A stretch of 63,603 nucleotides of DNA, filler included, from Octopus bimaculoides (lineage: Eukaryota): the NCBI RefSeq assembly GCF_001194135.2. It is 8 parts of 8 records of this genome, joined end to end, with 100 filler letters (N's around TTAATTAATTAA, not from the genome) between each part and the next. Parts side by side here need not be neighbours in the genome. Positions count along the whole stretch, not along the records: positions 1 to 9,184 come from NC_069008.1; positions 9,285 to 15,437 come from NC_069004.1; 6 more parts are not named here. One strand, 5' to 3'. The notes beneath the pieces are model-generated. The model had not been told where the DNA came from, searched no databases, and saw only the letters and a program-made list of their open reading frames with translations. The position numbers were made by a program, and so were the translations under genes. Below are positions 1-12,904 of the stretch, piece after piece (the stretch's first letter is position 1; each line of letters starts with the position of its first letter).

Positions 1-145
1 CTCTCTCTCTCTCTCACACACACACTTCCACACACAGACACATTGACATATCTACATGGAGGCACACGCACACACATACTCTCTCTCTCACACACTTCCA
101 CACACAGACACATTGACATATCTACATGGAGGCACACGCACACAC

Positions 146-197
<52 letters not shown>

Positions 198-575
198 ACA
201 CACACACTCACTTCCACACACAGAGACACATGTACACAGACATTCACAGGCACACACACACACACACTCTCTCTCTCCTTCACACATACACACGCAAACA
301 GATGTACCTGCGTGCGTACACATACATACACACAGACATATACACACACACATCCACAGACGCGCATACACAAATACATACATACATACACACATACATA
401 CATACACGCATACATACATATATACACACATACACACACATACATACATACACACATATACATACATGCATACACGCATACATACATATATACACACATA
501 CATACATACATACCTACATTCTCTCTCCTTCACACATACACTTGTAAACAGATGTACCTGCGTGCGTACATTCAC
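1..575. repeat. Compound CT/CA/TACA microsatellite with an embedded ~70-bp minisatellite unit
   Basis: Unit cacacttccacacacagacacattgacatatctacatggaggcacacgcacacacatact occurs twice in tandem plus a variant; aaacagatgtacctgcgtgcgtaca occurs twice. Confidence 0.9.
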
Positions 576-837
576 ACACACGCAGCGGGGACAGCCGAAG
601 CCGGTCCTTTGATGTTGTGCACCTGCGGTAGATTTGTTGCAGACGTGGAATGGAAACGAACCAGTTGAAACATTCGTTTGTCAGACCATGAAATTAATAA
701 AATTACAGGGAATACTTATTTACTNNNNNNNNNNNNNNNNNNNNNNNNNNNNNNNNNNNNNNNNNNNNNNNNNNNNNNNNNNNNNNNNNNNNNNNNNNNN
801 NNNNNNNNNNNNNNNNNNNNNNNNNNNNNNNNNNNNN

Positions 838-1200
838 NGTGGTGGTGATGATGATTGTAGTGATGGTGGCGGTGCTGGTAGTGAAGATAATGGTGATGGT
901 GGTGGTGGTGGTGGTAGGGTTGGTGATGATTGTAGTTGGTGGTGGTAGTGAAGGTGATGGTGGTGGCTGTCTTGGTCGTGGTGATGTTGATGATGGTGGT
1001 GATGGCGGCGGTGGCAGGTATCATGATGGTGATGATGGCGGTGGTGGTGGTGGTGATATAGTAATGGTGGTGGTGGAGGCAAAGGCAGTTGTGACAATGG
1101 TGCTTGCTGTTGGTGGCGATGGTCGTGTTTGGAGCGGTGCTAGTGGATGAGCTGATGATGATAGTGTATTTGGTGCTATAAATGATGAGGATGATGGCCT
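838..1200. repeat. Degenerate (GGT/GAT)n trinucleotide low-complexity tract
   Basis: Seen directly in the sequence. Confidence 0.9.
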
Positions 1201-1294
1201 GAGGTCAGCGCTGATCGAGTATTTCTATGGCACGCTGGTAGAAATAACAGCTAAATCTTCCTTTAATCACACCCTATTGTGATCAGTATGCATA

Positions 1295-1455
1295 GGCGCA
1301 GGCGTGGCTGTGTGGTAAGAAGCTTGCTTCCCAACCACATGGTTCCGAGTTCAGTCCCGCTGCGTGGCACTTTGGGCAAGTGTCTTCTACTATAGCGTCG
1401 GACTGACCAGAGCCGTGTGAGCGGATTTGGTAGACGGAAACTGAAAGAAGTCCGT
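1295..1455 (+). mobile_element. tRNA-derived SINE, family 1 (CORE-like body)
   Basis: A-box-like tggctgtgtggtaag, B-box-like gagttcagtccc, CORE-like ctttgggcaagtgtctt, tail ggtagacggaaactgaaagaag; many related copies in the window. Confidence 0.8.
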
Positions 1456-1559
1456 CTTGTCTTCACTCTGGTAGAAACAGTAACCAAATCAGATTCAAAT
1501 GGTATTGAACTGTTACATTTATAATATGTTTGACATACCGGGGGAGACCTCAGCATATA

Positions 1560-1810
1560 TAAGACAAAAGGGTGTGATTTGAGAGAGATTTGGTTGTTAT
1601 TTCTAGCGGGTCTAGCTCCTATCTGAAGGTCTTGCTCGTTAGTTCATACGTATAACAATGCATATAGGACAGTAGGATGTGATTTGAAAGAGATTTGTCT
1701 GCTCACATGTGGCTCACATGTATAAACATGCACAAAATACAGTAGGGAGTGATTTAAGAGAGATTTGACTGCTGTTTCTAGTAAGTCTAGCTCTCACATA
1801 GAAGTCATCT
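1560..1810. repeat. Three diverged copies of a gatttgagagagatttg(g/a)ctgctatttctag motif; inverted relatives near 1240-1280 and 27470-27660
   Basis: Direct sequence comparison within the window. Confidence 0.6.
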
Positions 1811-2263
1811 CATGTGTCTATTCCCTGCTGAGGTTACCATGGTCTTTTCCGTAGGCTTTTCTCTCCATGGATAAACCTAATGTTACCCCATTTTACACAA
1901 TTGACATTTTCTGTGATATAGCCACTCCTTTTTTTTTTGCCCCTACCGATCCCTTTTGATCGGATTAAAAAATTTATTTATTTATTTATTTTTATTTTTT
2001 ATTATTTTTAAAAATTTTTTATTTTTTTTTAAAGAAAAACTCTACAGTTGTATTTGTCCCCTCTGTGTGCAGCCCTGTGTGCAGCCCTGTGTGGCTAATA
2101 AAAGAAAGTTATCTATCTATCTCTCAGTCTATCTATCTATCTATCTATCTCTATCCATCTATCAATCTATCTATTAATATATCTGTCTGTCTGTCTGTCT
2201 GTCTCTAGCTATCGAGCTATCTGTCTGTCTATCCAGCCATCTGTCTATCTGTCTGTCTTTCTA

Positions 2264-2306
<43 letters not shown>

Positions 2307-3699
2307 CATCTACCTGTCTATCTCTATCTATCTCTATATGCCTGTCTGTCTGTTTATCTATCCATCCATCTATTCGCCCACCCTTGTTACCATCTTTGTT
2401 GCTAATTCCTTTCGTTGATCGTTGCTATCGTCGTCGTCGTCGCCATCGTTAGTGTACATGCTGCCTCATTATTGTTGTTGTTATTACTGTAATCATTTCC
2501 TGGTTGCTAATCTGTGTTGCTTTCGTTGTTGCTATTGTTGCTATGTGCTCCACCTCCTCACCTCCCCTCCCCTCCCCTCCTCTCCCGCCCTACCTTATCC
2601 TCCTCACCTGCCATCCCCACCTCCCCCACGTCATCATTATACTCCAGTTGTGTTCTGTCTGTATGTCGTTAGGTAGTTTCCGTAACATGAGATATATATA
2701 TTTTATTTCATTTCATTTTATCACATTTTCGTCTTTTGTTTAATTATTTATATACAATNNNNNNNNNNNNNNNNNNNNNNNNNNNNNNNNNNNNNNNNNN
2801 NNNNNNNNNNNNNNNNNNNNNNNNNNNNNNNNNNNNNNNNNNNNNNNNNNNNNNNNNNNNNNNNNNNNNNNNNNNNNNNNNNNNNNNNNNNNNNNNNNNN
2901 NNNNNNNNNNNNNNNNNNNNNNNNNNNNNNNNNNNNNNNNNNNNNNNNNNNNNNNNNNNNNNNNNNNNNNNNNNNNNNNNNNNNNNNNNNNNNNNNNNNN
3001 NNNNNNNNNNNNNNNNNNNNNNNNNNNNNNNNNNNNNNNNNNNNNNNNNNNNNNNNNNNNNNNNNNNNNNNNNNNNNNNNNNNNNNNNNNNNNNNNNNNN
3101 NNNNNNNNNNNNNNNNNNNNNNNNNNNNNNNNNNNNNNNNNNNNNNNNNNNNNNNNNNNNNNNNNNNNNNNNNNNNNNNNNNNNNNNNNNNNNNNNNNNN
3201 NNNNNNNNNNNNNNNNNNNNNNNNNNNNNNNNNNNNNNNNNNNNNNNNNNNNNNNNNNNNNNNNNNNNNNNNNNNNNNNNNNNNNNNNNNNNNNNNNNNN
3301 NNNNNNNNNNNNNNNNNNNNNNNNNNNNNNNNNNNNNNNNNNNNNNNNNNNNNNNNNNNNNNNNNNNNNNNNNNNNNNNNNNNNNNNNNNNNNNNNNNNN
3401 NNNNNNNNNNNNNNNNNNNNNNNNNNNNNNNNNNNNNNNNNNNNNNNNNNNNNNNNNNNNNNNNNNNNNNNNNNNNNNNNNNNNNNNNNNNNNNNNNNNN
3501 NNNNNNNNNNNNNNNNNNNNNNNNNNNNNNNNNNNNCATATATGAGCTTTGTGCACATATATATGTGTCTGGGATTCTTCAAAAGATTTGATTAAGCAAG
3601 AAATGTAATAGTTTATTTTCGGTGTTTTTTTTTTCGAAAATATTTTTTTTTTTTTTTACCTCATATAAAATAGTTTTTTTATTTTATTTGCTGGACGGG

Positions 3700-4500
3700 A
3701 GAAAAAAATATGGAGTAAAAATAATAAAAAAAGTTCGCCAAAACAGGAACATGAGCAATTGGAACTCCCAGTGAGAGAATTCGTAAGAAACGAAGAGAAC
3801 GGTAACAATATAGAGAATAACACGAAGGAAACGGTAAATGAGGAATTAGACAAAAAAAAAAAAAAAAAGGAAGCAAAAAATACAAGCGTAAGATGATGAA
3901 AAGGGATGAAGGTAAGAGATAGAAAAGAAAGAATGATGCTAATAAGAAGAATGGTAGGAATATAAGAGAATAAAGAAGGAGAATGGAATAATAGGAGAAG
4001 GTAGATGAAGAATACAGAGAAAGGAAGGAAATTGAAGATCAGAGAAAATGGAAAATGGCGGCCGATGAAGGAAAAGAATATGTAGCGTGTGACTATCATG
4101 GAATGCAGAAGAGTGCGGGTGGGTAAGGGGGAATAGGGGGAAAGAAGAGAAAGAGTTGAGGTGAGGCTGAATATGAGGACGACGTAGAAGTAGAAGAGGA
4201 TAAGGATGAGGGAGGAAACGAGATGAGGAAGGAGAAAGAAAGAGCTGAAGGGAGAAGTAGGATGAAGAACGAGAAATAAGGACGAAGAACGAAGAGAAGA
4301 AAAATTAAAAGGGACGAAGAACGAGGAAGTACGAAAAACTAAGAAGAAGGAGGGCGAAAAACAAGGAAGAAGACGAAAAAGAAGGAAAAACGATGAAGAA
4401 AAACTCAAAAGAATTCAGAAGAATAAGACGAACGACAAAGATAAAAAAAATAAAAAAACAAACTCGAAAGAAGAAAAAGACCGAGGAAGTCCAGCCAAAA
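3700..4500. repeat. Purine-rich (GAA/AAG) low-complexity tract
   Basis: Strong A/G strand bias; the minus-strand F/L/S-rich ORF is a compositional artefact. Confidence 0.85.
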
Positions 4501-5899
4501 TAAGGAAAATGGGACGTGGTAGAGGCGTGGAAGGGTTGGGGGGGGGAGCAGTGTGGTGATTTCGAAAAGAATTAAATACCTAAAAAAAAATTGGTTAAGA
4601 ATTCTGTGATGTATTATGTGAAAGAACGATGAAAATAATGAGGTTGAAAGGGAGAGAAAGAGAGACTAAAGACTTTAGAATGTACCCCAACANNNNNNNN
4701 NNAACACGAACATACAAATGCAAAATGGTGAAATAATTGTATTTATATAAAAACACATCGTGAATGGTCTGTGTGTATGTAGATGAATTGATGGGTTAAT
4801 TGTGTTATAAAAACATCGTTATGCATATGTGTGTGTATATATATTTATATATACGTATGTATGTTTGTATGTATGAATATATATGTATAAGCATATATAT
4901 ATATATATATATATATATGATGTAAGTAACAAATATTAATGGTATCAACTTGTACACGCACACATTAAACCTAGATTTACATTCATAATGAGCACATCGT
5001 CGTCGTCATCATCCCAATAATAATAATAATAATAAATATGAAACTTAGGATACATATGCATACATACAAAAATACATACATACATGTGTGTGTGAGTGTC
5101 TGTGTGACAGGTGTGTGCGATTTGATTACCGCATACGCACATATTTAAATACGCACATAACTATTAGAATGATGTATGTATATATTGTGTATATATTCTT
5201 TGCGATAGGTAAAGCCTTTATCAGTTTCTTCTGTCAAACAGTGTTCCCATATGTATGTATATATGTGCGTATATGAATGTATATTTACATATATATATAT
5301 GTATGTTTATGTATATATACATATGCATGTTTATATATAGTGTGTATGATTATATATATATATTGTTATATATATATATATACAAGTGTACATGTTTATA
5401 TATTTGTGTAATTATGTATGTGTATATGTATTTATATGTGTATACACGTCTACAGGTATGTATGTATATACATATGTGTGCGTGTGTATATATGATTGTG
5501 TATATATGTATACATATATTTATAATACATGTGCAAATACATGGACTGTTGACGATTTTTTACCTCCGTCTTCCTTTGAGGTTCGAGTCCCGTGGCTGTC
5601 TGTTGACAATTTTTTCCCTCTTTCTCTGCTGTTTTCACGGCTATGCTGCGTTACTAAATGTTACTTTCCTGTCTGTATAATACTTAAGGATAAATATATT
5701 TGTGTAATTACTAACATTTTGCTCTGATCACTGCCTCTTCACGTCTTTTGGGTCATGAAAGAAATTTAGTTGTTTCATAAGTGGTGAGTTTGCCTGTTGA
5801 AATCATGATTGTCAACGTTGGGACATACATTAAATAAATAAGGCGAGTTGCTCTTTGTATCTTCGATGTCTGACCTTTGCCTCTTCACCTCTCTTACCA

Positions 5900-6240
5900 T
5901 CTCTTACTATCTGGTCCATTCCCTCGACGATGACATGTCTCGACTTTGGATGGGCCTTGGCGTTAGTACCCGGGCATTTGGGTCAATGGAGTAACGGAGA
6001 AAAGTGGCTTTGAGTTGGTTTCGGAAACAGAGCTTGGCGGAGGCTCCACGTGGTCTGATGCCTGAGGCCAATCCCACAAAGAGGTGTTGACGGGGAGGCA
6101 CATTGGAGGCATACGTATGTGTCCCAACGAGCGGAGGCGGTGTTGTGTTACGGTAACTTCAATACTAGGTAGTCCAGAATCCTTCCATCGAATCCTCATG
6201 TTTGCTCGAAGTTTGTGCTGTTGGAAACGTTCGATTTTAA
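5900..6240 (-). mobile_element. RTE-clade LINE fragment (C-terminal ORF region, frameshifted)
   Basis: Translations LPSIEVTVTQHRLRSLGHIRMP and LFVGLASGIRPRG..FRNQLKATF match the RTE post-RT consensus LPSIE..LRW.GH..RM...LLYGEL..G.R..G....KD.LK. Confidence 0.8.
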
Positions 6241-6514
6241 AGTTTTCTCTTTTGTTAAATGTTCTCTTTCCTGCTTCTTTTACCGTTGTGTTATTTTTTG
6301 TTTTTTTTTACTTTTCCTTCTTAATAGTTATGAAAATTCGAAAACTGATGACGTCGATTTGCCTAAAGAGAAATACAGGGCTATTCCAGTTCAGATTTCG
6401 AATTTCATTCTTTCTGCGTATTATCCGTTTTCTCTTTTGAAACCGGGGAAGACGGACACATTGTCTCGGATTAGCTCTGTTCGCTTCACTGAACAGAGCT
6501 AATCCGAGGCGTTG

Positions 6515-6752
6515 TTGTTGCTAGTTGGAAAATATATTCTTCTCTACTCTAGGCACAAGGCCTGAAATTTTGGTGGAGGGGACTAGTCGATTAGATCGAC
6601 CCCAGTATGCAACTAGTACTTAGTTTATCGACCCCGAAAGGATGAAAAACAAAGTCGACCTCTGCGGAATTTGAATTCAGAACGTAAAGACAGACAAAAT
6701 ACCGCTAAGCATTTCGTCCGGCGTGCTAACGATTCTGCCAACTCACCACCTT
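6515..6752 (-). mobile_element. tRNA-derived SINE, family 2 (Nin/Deu-like central domain)
   Basis: Reverse complement contains gagttcaaattcc (B box), ctttcatcctttcggggtcgataaa..agtaccag and a ccttgtgcct tail. Confidence 0.8.
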
Positions 6753-6890
6753 AAAACCACTACCAACAACAACAGTGTTACATCTTAATTTTCGATCACA
6801 CACACACATATACATACATCCATACATACATACATATATATATATATATTTCTAATTCTCGTATATTCTATCTTTTGTCTTTCATATGCC

Positions 6891-6948
<58 letters not shown>

Positions 6949-7435
6949 CAACAAAAAAATAACTTTCTTTTCATCTGTGTTGAGTTGACAATCGTCCCGT
7001 CAATTTAGGTGTTAAATAGATTTATCGTAATAACAAAAACAAACAAAAGACACAACAAACAAATGAACTATACAACAAAATCACCTCCTGAAAAAGGAAA
7101 AAAAAAAACACCAGTAAAATATGAACAATAAAAACACGAAAATAAGAAGGGCGAAGAAAACAACAAAACCAAAAACACAAAATGAAACATGGCTACATCG
7201 CAGCCAAGTGAACGCCGAAAGCGTAATAGAAGAGGTTGACAAGAATGTGTTGTTTTATCAAAGAAGTGTTTAGGTGATGAGTTCGTGAGAATCTACCGAG
7301 TGTGATTTAGTTTTTTGGGGGTTTGGTCTTTTATAATTTTTTGCCTTCTTTTCTCTTGTTTTTTTAATTGTTTGTTTTTTTAGATGATTTCTTTTTCTGT
7401 GTAGTGTTAAGTGTAAAGAAGGAGCTTAGCGATTG

Positions 7436-7471
<36 letters not shown>

Positions 7472-7742
7472 NNNNNNNNNNNNNNNNNNNNNNNNNNNNN
7501 NNNNNNNNNNNNNNNNNNNNNNNNNNNNNNNNNNNNNNNNNNNNNNNNNNNNNNNNNNNNNNNNNNNNNNNNNNNNNNNNNNNNNNNNNNNNNNNNNNNN
7601 NNNNNNNNNNNNNNNATCTAATTAGAGATAATCCGCGCACGCTGTGTGTGTGTGTGTGTGTGTGTGCGTGCGTGCGTGTGTATATATAATATCGAACACA
7701 CATACACAAGGTATGTGTTTGCCAGTTCGTGGGCAGGCTATG

Positions 7743-7781
<39 letters not shown>

Positions 7782-8084
7782 CACACATAGATGCACACAG
7801 GCAAAAACACATACACACATATATCAACACACACTAATGGAGGACAATGTGTGTATATATATATATATTTGTGTTGATGTGTGTGAGTCATGTCTGGGAT
7901 CTTTCCTTTCGTCAGTCGTATCTTTTACCTTTTGCTTGTTCCAGTCGTTTGACCGTGGCCATCCTAGAGCACCACCTTCAAGGACCCATGAACTTGCTTT
8001 AATATTATGACCCAACGAGGATAATCATGATTCGCAGACGCAGATTCTTCAATAATTATAGAACAGTTAATTTCCGACCATTAC

Positions 8085-8210
8085 CCAATGAAGCAATCGC
8101 CAAGGACCGGCCGAAATGGCTGCATGCCATCGTCGAGGGAACAAAACAGATGGAAAATAACAGCCGTGAAGAAGCAGAGATGAGACATCGAAGACGCAAA
8201 GAGCGACTCA
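8085..8210 (+). mobile_element. RTE-clade LINE C-terminal fragment
   Basis: EAIAKDRPKWLHAIVEGTKQMENNSREEAEMRHRRRKER fits the RTE A.DR..W.....G....E....E..R..RK.R tail. Confidence 0.7.
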
Positions 8211-8231
8211 CTTTATTCAATATATGACCCA

Positions 8232-8450
8232 GTGATGAGGCGGTGAGCTGGCGGAGACGTTAGCACTCTGGGCGAAATGTTTAGCGGTATTTCGTCTGTC
8301 TTTACGTTCTGAGTTCAAATTCCGCAGAGGTCGACTTTGCTTTTCATCCTTTCGGGGTCGATAAATAAAGTACAAGTTGCGTATTGTGGTCGATCTAATC
8401 GACTGGCCCCCTTTCCAAAAATTTCGGCCTTGTGCCTAGAATATAAAAGA
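8232..8450 (+). mobile_element. Family-2 SINE, CpG-intact copy
   Basis: ggcggtgagctggc..gagttcaaattccgc..gtcgactttgcttttcatcctttcggggtcgataaa..ccttgtgcct. Confidence 0.85.
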
Positions 8451-8554
8451 ATATATGACCCAATGAGGACAGTCAATGATTTCAAGCATTATGATTTTAT
8501 ATTTATTCTCGTAATTATTCCAAAATTAGTGATATGAATTACAATTCTTGTTAT

Positions 8555-9184
8555 AACATGAGGATTCGAATGAAGAGGTTCTGCTCCAGGCCGGACTGAT
8601 CAGCATAGAAGCTAACATGGCACGACACCGCCTCCACTGGCTCTGGAGCGAATTTTTTTTTTCCACATTCCGGATCCCAGTTATGAACTCGTTTGCATAT
8701 AGCCAATCAGAGCTCAACTATCTAACTAATTTATGAGCGCATAACAAGTGACGGGCGATAAGATAATGTCACTTGTGTAAGGAATGACCATGCTTCTTTT
8801 CTCTTTTAATAATGCATGTTGTTCTTGCTAGACCACATCTGAGAGCTGAACGGCACCTTTAATTTCACATTTTTCAAACAATCCTTCAACGGTCTGCCAA
8901 CACCAATGCAGTTTCTGCCAGGTGAAGGTGAGCTCTGATTGACTGTATGCAAATGAGTTCATTACTAGGATCCGGAACTTCCGTGGGAAAAAGAATTTCG
9001 CGGCCTGGGACTTATACGTATGCCTCAAATGCACCTCTCCAACCAACTCTTCTTTGCAGAGCTGGCCTCAGGTAACAGACCATACGGAGGCCTCCAGCCG
9101 CCATTTCCGAGCCCAACTTAAGGCCACTCTCCTTCGCTGCTCCACTCAGCCAAATATCTGGGAGACAATCGCCAAGGGCTGTTC
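8555..9184 (+). mobile_element. RTE LINE fragment interrupted by a MITE (8648-9001)
   Basis: Left part NEEVLLQAGLISIEANMARHRLHWL; right part LGLIRMPQMHLSNQLFFAELASGNRPYGG..FRAQLKATLLRCSTQPNIWETIA. The two halves are contiguous in the RTE consensus. Confidence 0.75.
8648..9001. mobile_element. MITE-like element with ~70-bp terminal inverted repeats
   Basis: 8648-8716 (gcgaattttt..ttccggatcccagttatgaactcgtttgcatatagccaatcagagctca) is the imperfect reverse complement of 8929-9001. Confidence 0.75.
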
Positions 9185-9284
9185 NNNNNNNNNNNNNNNN
9201 NNNNNNNNNNNNNNNNNNNNNNNNNNNNTTAATTAATTAANNNNNNNNNNNNNNNNNNNNNNNNNNNNNNNNNNNNNNNNNNNN
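9185..9284. other. Assembly gap placeholder N44-TTAATTAATTAA-N44; the 12-mer also occurs at 15482, 20780, 39330, 43033, 45688 and 59397
   Basis: Identical 12-mer with stops in all frames, centred in 100-bp gaps, seven times. Confidence 0.95.
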
Positions 9285-9407
9285 TTAATCACTGGAGTTG
9301 ATGTAATCGACTTAATCCCTCTCCTAAGCTGTCCTTGAGGAAAATATTTGAAATCATTATTATTATTATTATTATTGTTGTTGTTGTTGTTGTTGTTATT
9401 TTGATTA

Positions 9408-10275
9408 AGGTGGCGAGCTGGTAGAGTGCTTAGCATGCTGGAAGAGATGCTTAGTGGTAATTCGCCCGTCGCTACATTCTGAGTTCAAATTCCACCGAAG
9501 TCGACTTTGCCTTTCATCCTTCGGGATCTATAAATTCAGTACCATTGAAACACTGGGGTCGATGTAATCGACTAGTCCCCTTCTCCCAAATTTCAGACCT
9601 TGTGCTTTTAGTAGAAAGGATTATTTCTATTATCATAAAAGCGGCGAGCAGGCAGAACCGTTAGCACATCAACCGAATTGTTTAGCGGCATTTCGTCCAT
9701 CCTCACGTTCTGAGTTCAGTTTCTGCTCAGATCGACTTTGCTTTTCATCCTTTCGGGGTCGATAAAATAAGTATCAGCTGAATTTCAGGTTTTGTGCCTA
9801 TAATAGAAAGGGTTATTAGTATTGTTATTATCATACATAGCGGTAAGACGACAAGTTAACAGAATCGTTAGCACGCCGGGCAAAATGCTTAGCGGTATTT
9901 CGTCTGTTTGCACATTCTGGGTTCAAATGACACTGAAGTCGACTTACATTTCATCCTTTCTGGGGTCGATAAATTAAGTACCAGTTGAACTGGTACTTAA
10001 TCGACTAGCCCCCCCCCCCCATCCACCCAAATTGCGCTAAAGTTTGAAACCATTATTATACAAGGCTGGCAGAATTGTTAGCACGCCGGGCTAAATGCTT
10101 TGCGGCATTTCGTTTGTCTGTACGTTCTGAGTTCTAATTCCACCGAAGTCGATTTTGCGTTTCATCCTTTCGGGTTCGATAAAATAAGTACCAGTCGAGT
10201 ACTGGGGTCGAGAAATCGACTTACCTCTTCCCCCAAAATTGCTGGTCTTGGGCCAGAATTTGAAACCATTATTAT
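9408..10275 (+). mobile_element. Tandem cluster of four family-2 SINE copies
   Basis: Heads at about 9408, 9640, 9838 and 10060, each with a ttagca..ttagcgg..ttctgagttc..gtcgactttgc.tttcatcc pattern. Confidence 0.85.
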
Positions 10276-12394
10276 NNNNNNNNNNNNNNNNNNNNNNNNN
10301 NNNNNNNNNNNNNNNNNNNNNNNNNNNNNNNNNNNNNNNNNNNNNNNNNNNNNNNNNNNNNNNNNNNNNNNNNNNNNNNNNNNNNNNNNNNNNNNNNNNN
10401 NNNNNNNNNNNNNNNNNNNNNNNNNNNNNNNNNNNNNNNNNNNNNNNNNNNNNNNNNNNNNNNNNNNNNNNNNNNNNNNNNNNNNNNNNNNNNNNNNNNN
10501 NNNNNNNNNNNNNNNNNNNNNNNNNNNNNNNNNNNNNNNNNNNNNNNNNNNNNNNNNNNNNNNNNNNNNNNNNNNNNNNNNNNNNNNNNNNNNNNNNNNN
10601 NNNNNNNNNNNNNNNNNNNNNNNNNNNNNNNNNNNNNNNNNNNNNNNNNNNNNNNNNNNNNNNNNNNNNNNNNNNNNNNNNNNNNNNNNNNNNNNNNNNN
10701 NNNNNNNNNNNNNNNNNNNNNNNNNNNNNNNNNNNNNNNNNNNNNNNNNNNNNNNNNNNNNNNNNNNNNNNNNNNNNNNNNNNNNNNNNNNNNNNNNNNN
10801 NNNNNNNNNNNNNNNNNNNNNNNNNNNNNNNNNNNNNNNNNNNNNNNNNNNNNNNNNNNNNNNNNNNNNNNNNNNNNNNNNNNNNNNNNNNNNNNNNNNN
10901 NNNNNNNNNNNNNNNNNNNNNNNNNNNNNNNNNNNNNNNNNNNNNNNNNNNNNNNNNNNNNNNNNNNNNNNNNNNNNNNNNATATATACATGTGTCTATA
11001 TATATATATATATATGTACATACATATATATATATAAATATATACATATATATATATAAATATACACACATATATATACATATATGTATATATATATATA
11101 AATATATATATACATACATACATGCATACATACATACATACATACATACATGCATACATTCATAAATATGTACTTAGGGAGAAAAATTAAGAGCCCATTC
11201 TATTGTGATAAAAGAATACAAATCACAATTCATTGGCATTGGAGAATAGAATTACTATTAATACAATTATTTCGCTTGCAACGATCTTTTGACGATGCCA
11301 TCGTCATTGGTAACGTCATCGTTTTATACCGCAGAGAATGTCTCTTTCAATTGGCATCGTAATAAATGCCTCCAAATGACCAGAATTCAAAAGTACTCCT
11401 TAACCTATTCTTGATGGATTTCAAACTTGAAGAACATTTTTTTTTTCACAAGCTACTTGAGCGGTAGAGAATGTTAATAACTATTTATAAGCTAGACCGA
11501 TATGTTTGTTGTTCTCATTGAATAACTTGTATTTCAGCAATGAAGATAAACACAAACTACGCAGTTTCGATAGTATTTCGAGATAGAAATCTGTAATTGA
11601 TTCTTCTCTGTACATCATACTATAATTCATTGTTTTCTTTCACTCTAAGATGTTTCTTGCCGGTACATTACCTGATAATTCCTATGCAAATTAGCATATA
11701 TTCCAGTCTATCCCTGTTATTTTCAATTGGTCACGAGTTACCGCAAATCCGAAGCCCCGCAATTCAGAGTGGTTGTTCTCCCCATCCTCCGGGACAACTC
11801 TTTCGCCATGTGGCGGACTGAATTACAGAAAATTATGTGTTCCAATCCTTAACGTACAGTTGAAATAATTATTAAATATTAATATTCACGGTCAACTGGA
11901 AAATAAAGTATTTCAATGTACGACAAACACACCTATCCGCCACCAAAATTTATTACTACTTCAATCAGCCTATGATGTGCAGTCTGAAGATTAAAATCTT
12001 TAACTCTCCAGTCAAAGCAGGAAGCAGTCAATCTAGATCCACACATACATCCTATTATTCTCAATTCTTGACAAGCGTTTCTACCTTCATTTTTTTTTCT
12101 AAACATCAAATGTAAATTCTTTAAGCAATCTTTTNNNNNNNNNNNNNNNNNNNNNNNNNNNNNNNNNNNNNNNNNNNNNNNNNNNNNNNNNNNNNNNNNN
12201 NNNNNNNNNNNNNNNNNNNNNNNNNNNNNNNNNNNNNNNNNNNNNNNNNNNNNNNNNNNNNNNNNNNNNNNNNNNNNNNNNNNNNNNNNNNNNNNNNNNN
12301 NNNNNNNNNNNNNNNNNNNNNNNNNNNNNNNNNNNNNNNNNNNNNNNNNNNNNNNNNNNNNNNNGTTGCTTAGTCAGTGACCTTTAAAATATTA

Positions 12395-12795
12395 ATATTG
12401 ATTTCGAATTTTGGTACATGGCCAGCAGTTTTGGGTTCGGTCTAAATCGATTACATCGATCCCAGAACTCAACTGGAACTTATTTTATCGACCACGGAAT
12501 GATGAAAGGAAAAGTCGATCTCGGCGTAATTTGAACTCAGAACCTAAATACAGACGAAACGCCGCTAAACATTCCGCCTGGTGTGCTAACGATTCATCCA
12601 GCTCAACGCTTTTTTAAATATTGGTTTCAAATTTTGGTACCGGCGTTCAACTGGTACTTATTTTATCGACCCTAAAAGGATAGCAAGCAAAGTCAGCCTC
12701 GGCAGAATTTGAACTGAGAGCGTAAAAACGGGACGAAATACCGCTAAGCACTTTATCCGGCGGGCTTAACGATTTTGCTATCTCGCCACCCTTTA
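12395..12795 (-). mobile_element. Two adjacent family-2 SINE copies
   Basis: Each shows actggtacttattttatcgacc..aaaggat.aaagg.aaagtc..gaatttgaactcag..ccgctaag on the plus strand. Confidence 0.8.
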
Positions 12796-12904
12796 AGACA
12801 TTGATATTAATATGTCCTTGAAATATTATAAACGCACACGCATATACATAAATATACATACATACATACACACGTACGTACATACATACATACATACATA
12901 CATA

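Noticed and set aside
3656-4408. 250-aa F/L/S-rich minus-strand ORF resembling a membrane protein
   Set aside because: Antisense of a purine-rich low-complexity tract, where stop codons are compositionally rare.
5540-5625. B-box-like ggttcgagtccc between two 21-bp direct repeats
   Set aside because: No A box or cloverleaf can be formed, so it is not callable as tRNA or SINE.
9229-9240. Recurrent TTAATTAATTAA palindrome (seven copies)
   Set aside because: Always centred in a 44N+12+44N gap, so it is an assembler spacer and not biological.
11160-12120. Possible decayed L1/Tx1-like LINE sequence (also 13890-14340, 36680-36990, 47760-48800)
   Set aside because: Only vague peptide resemblance with many stops; cannot be supported without a profile search.
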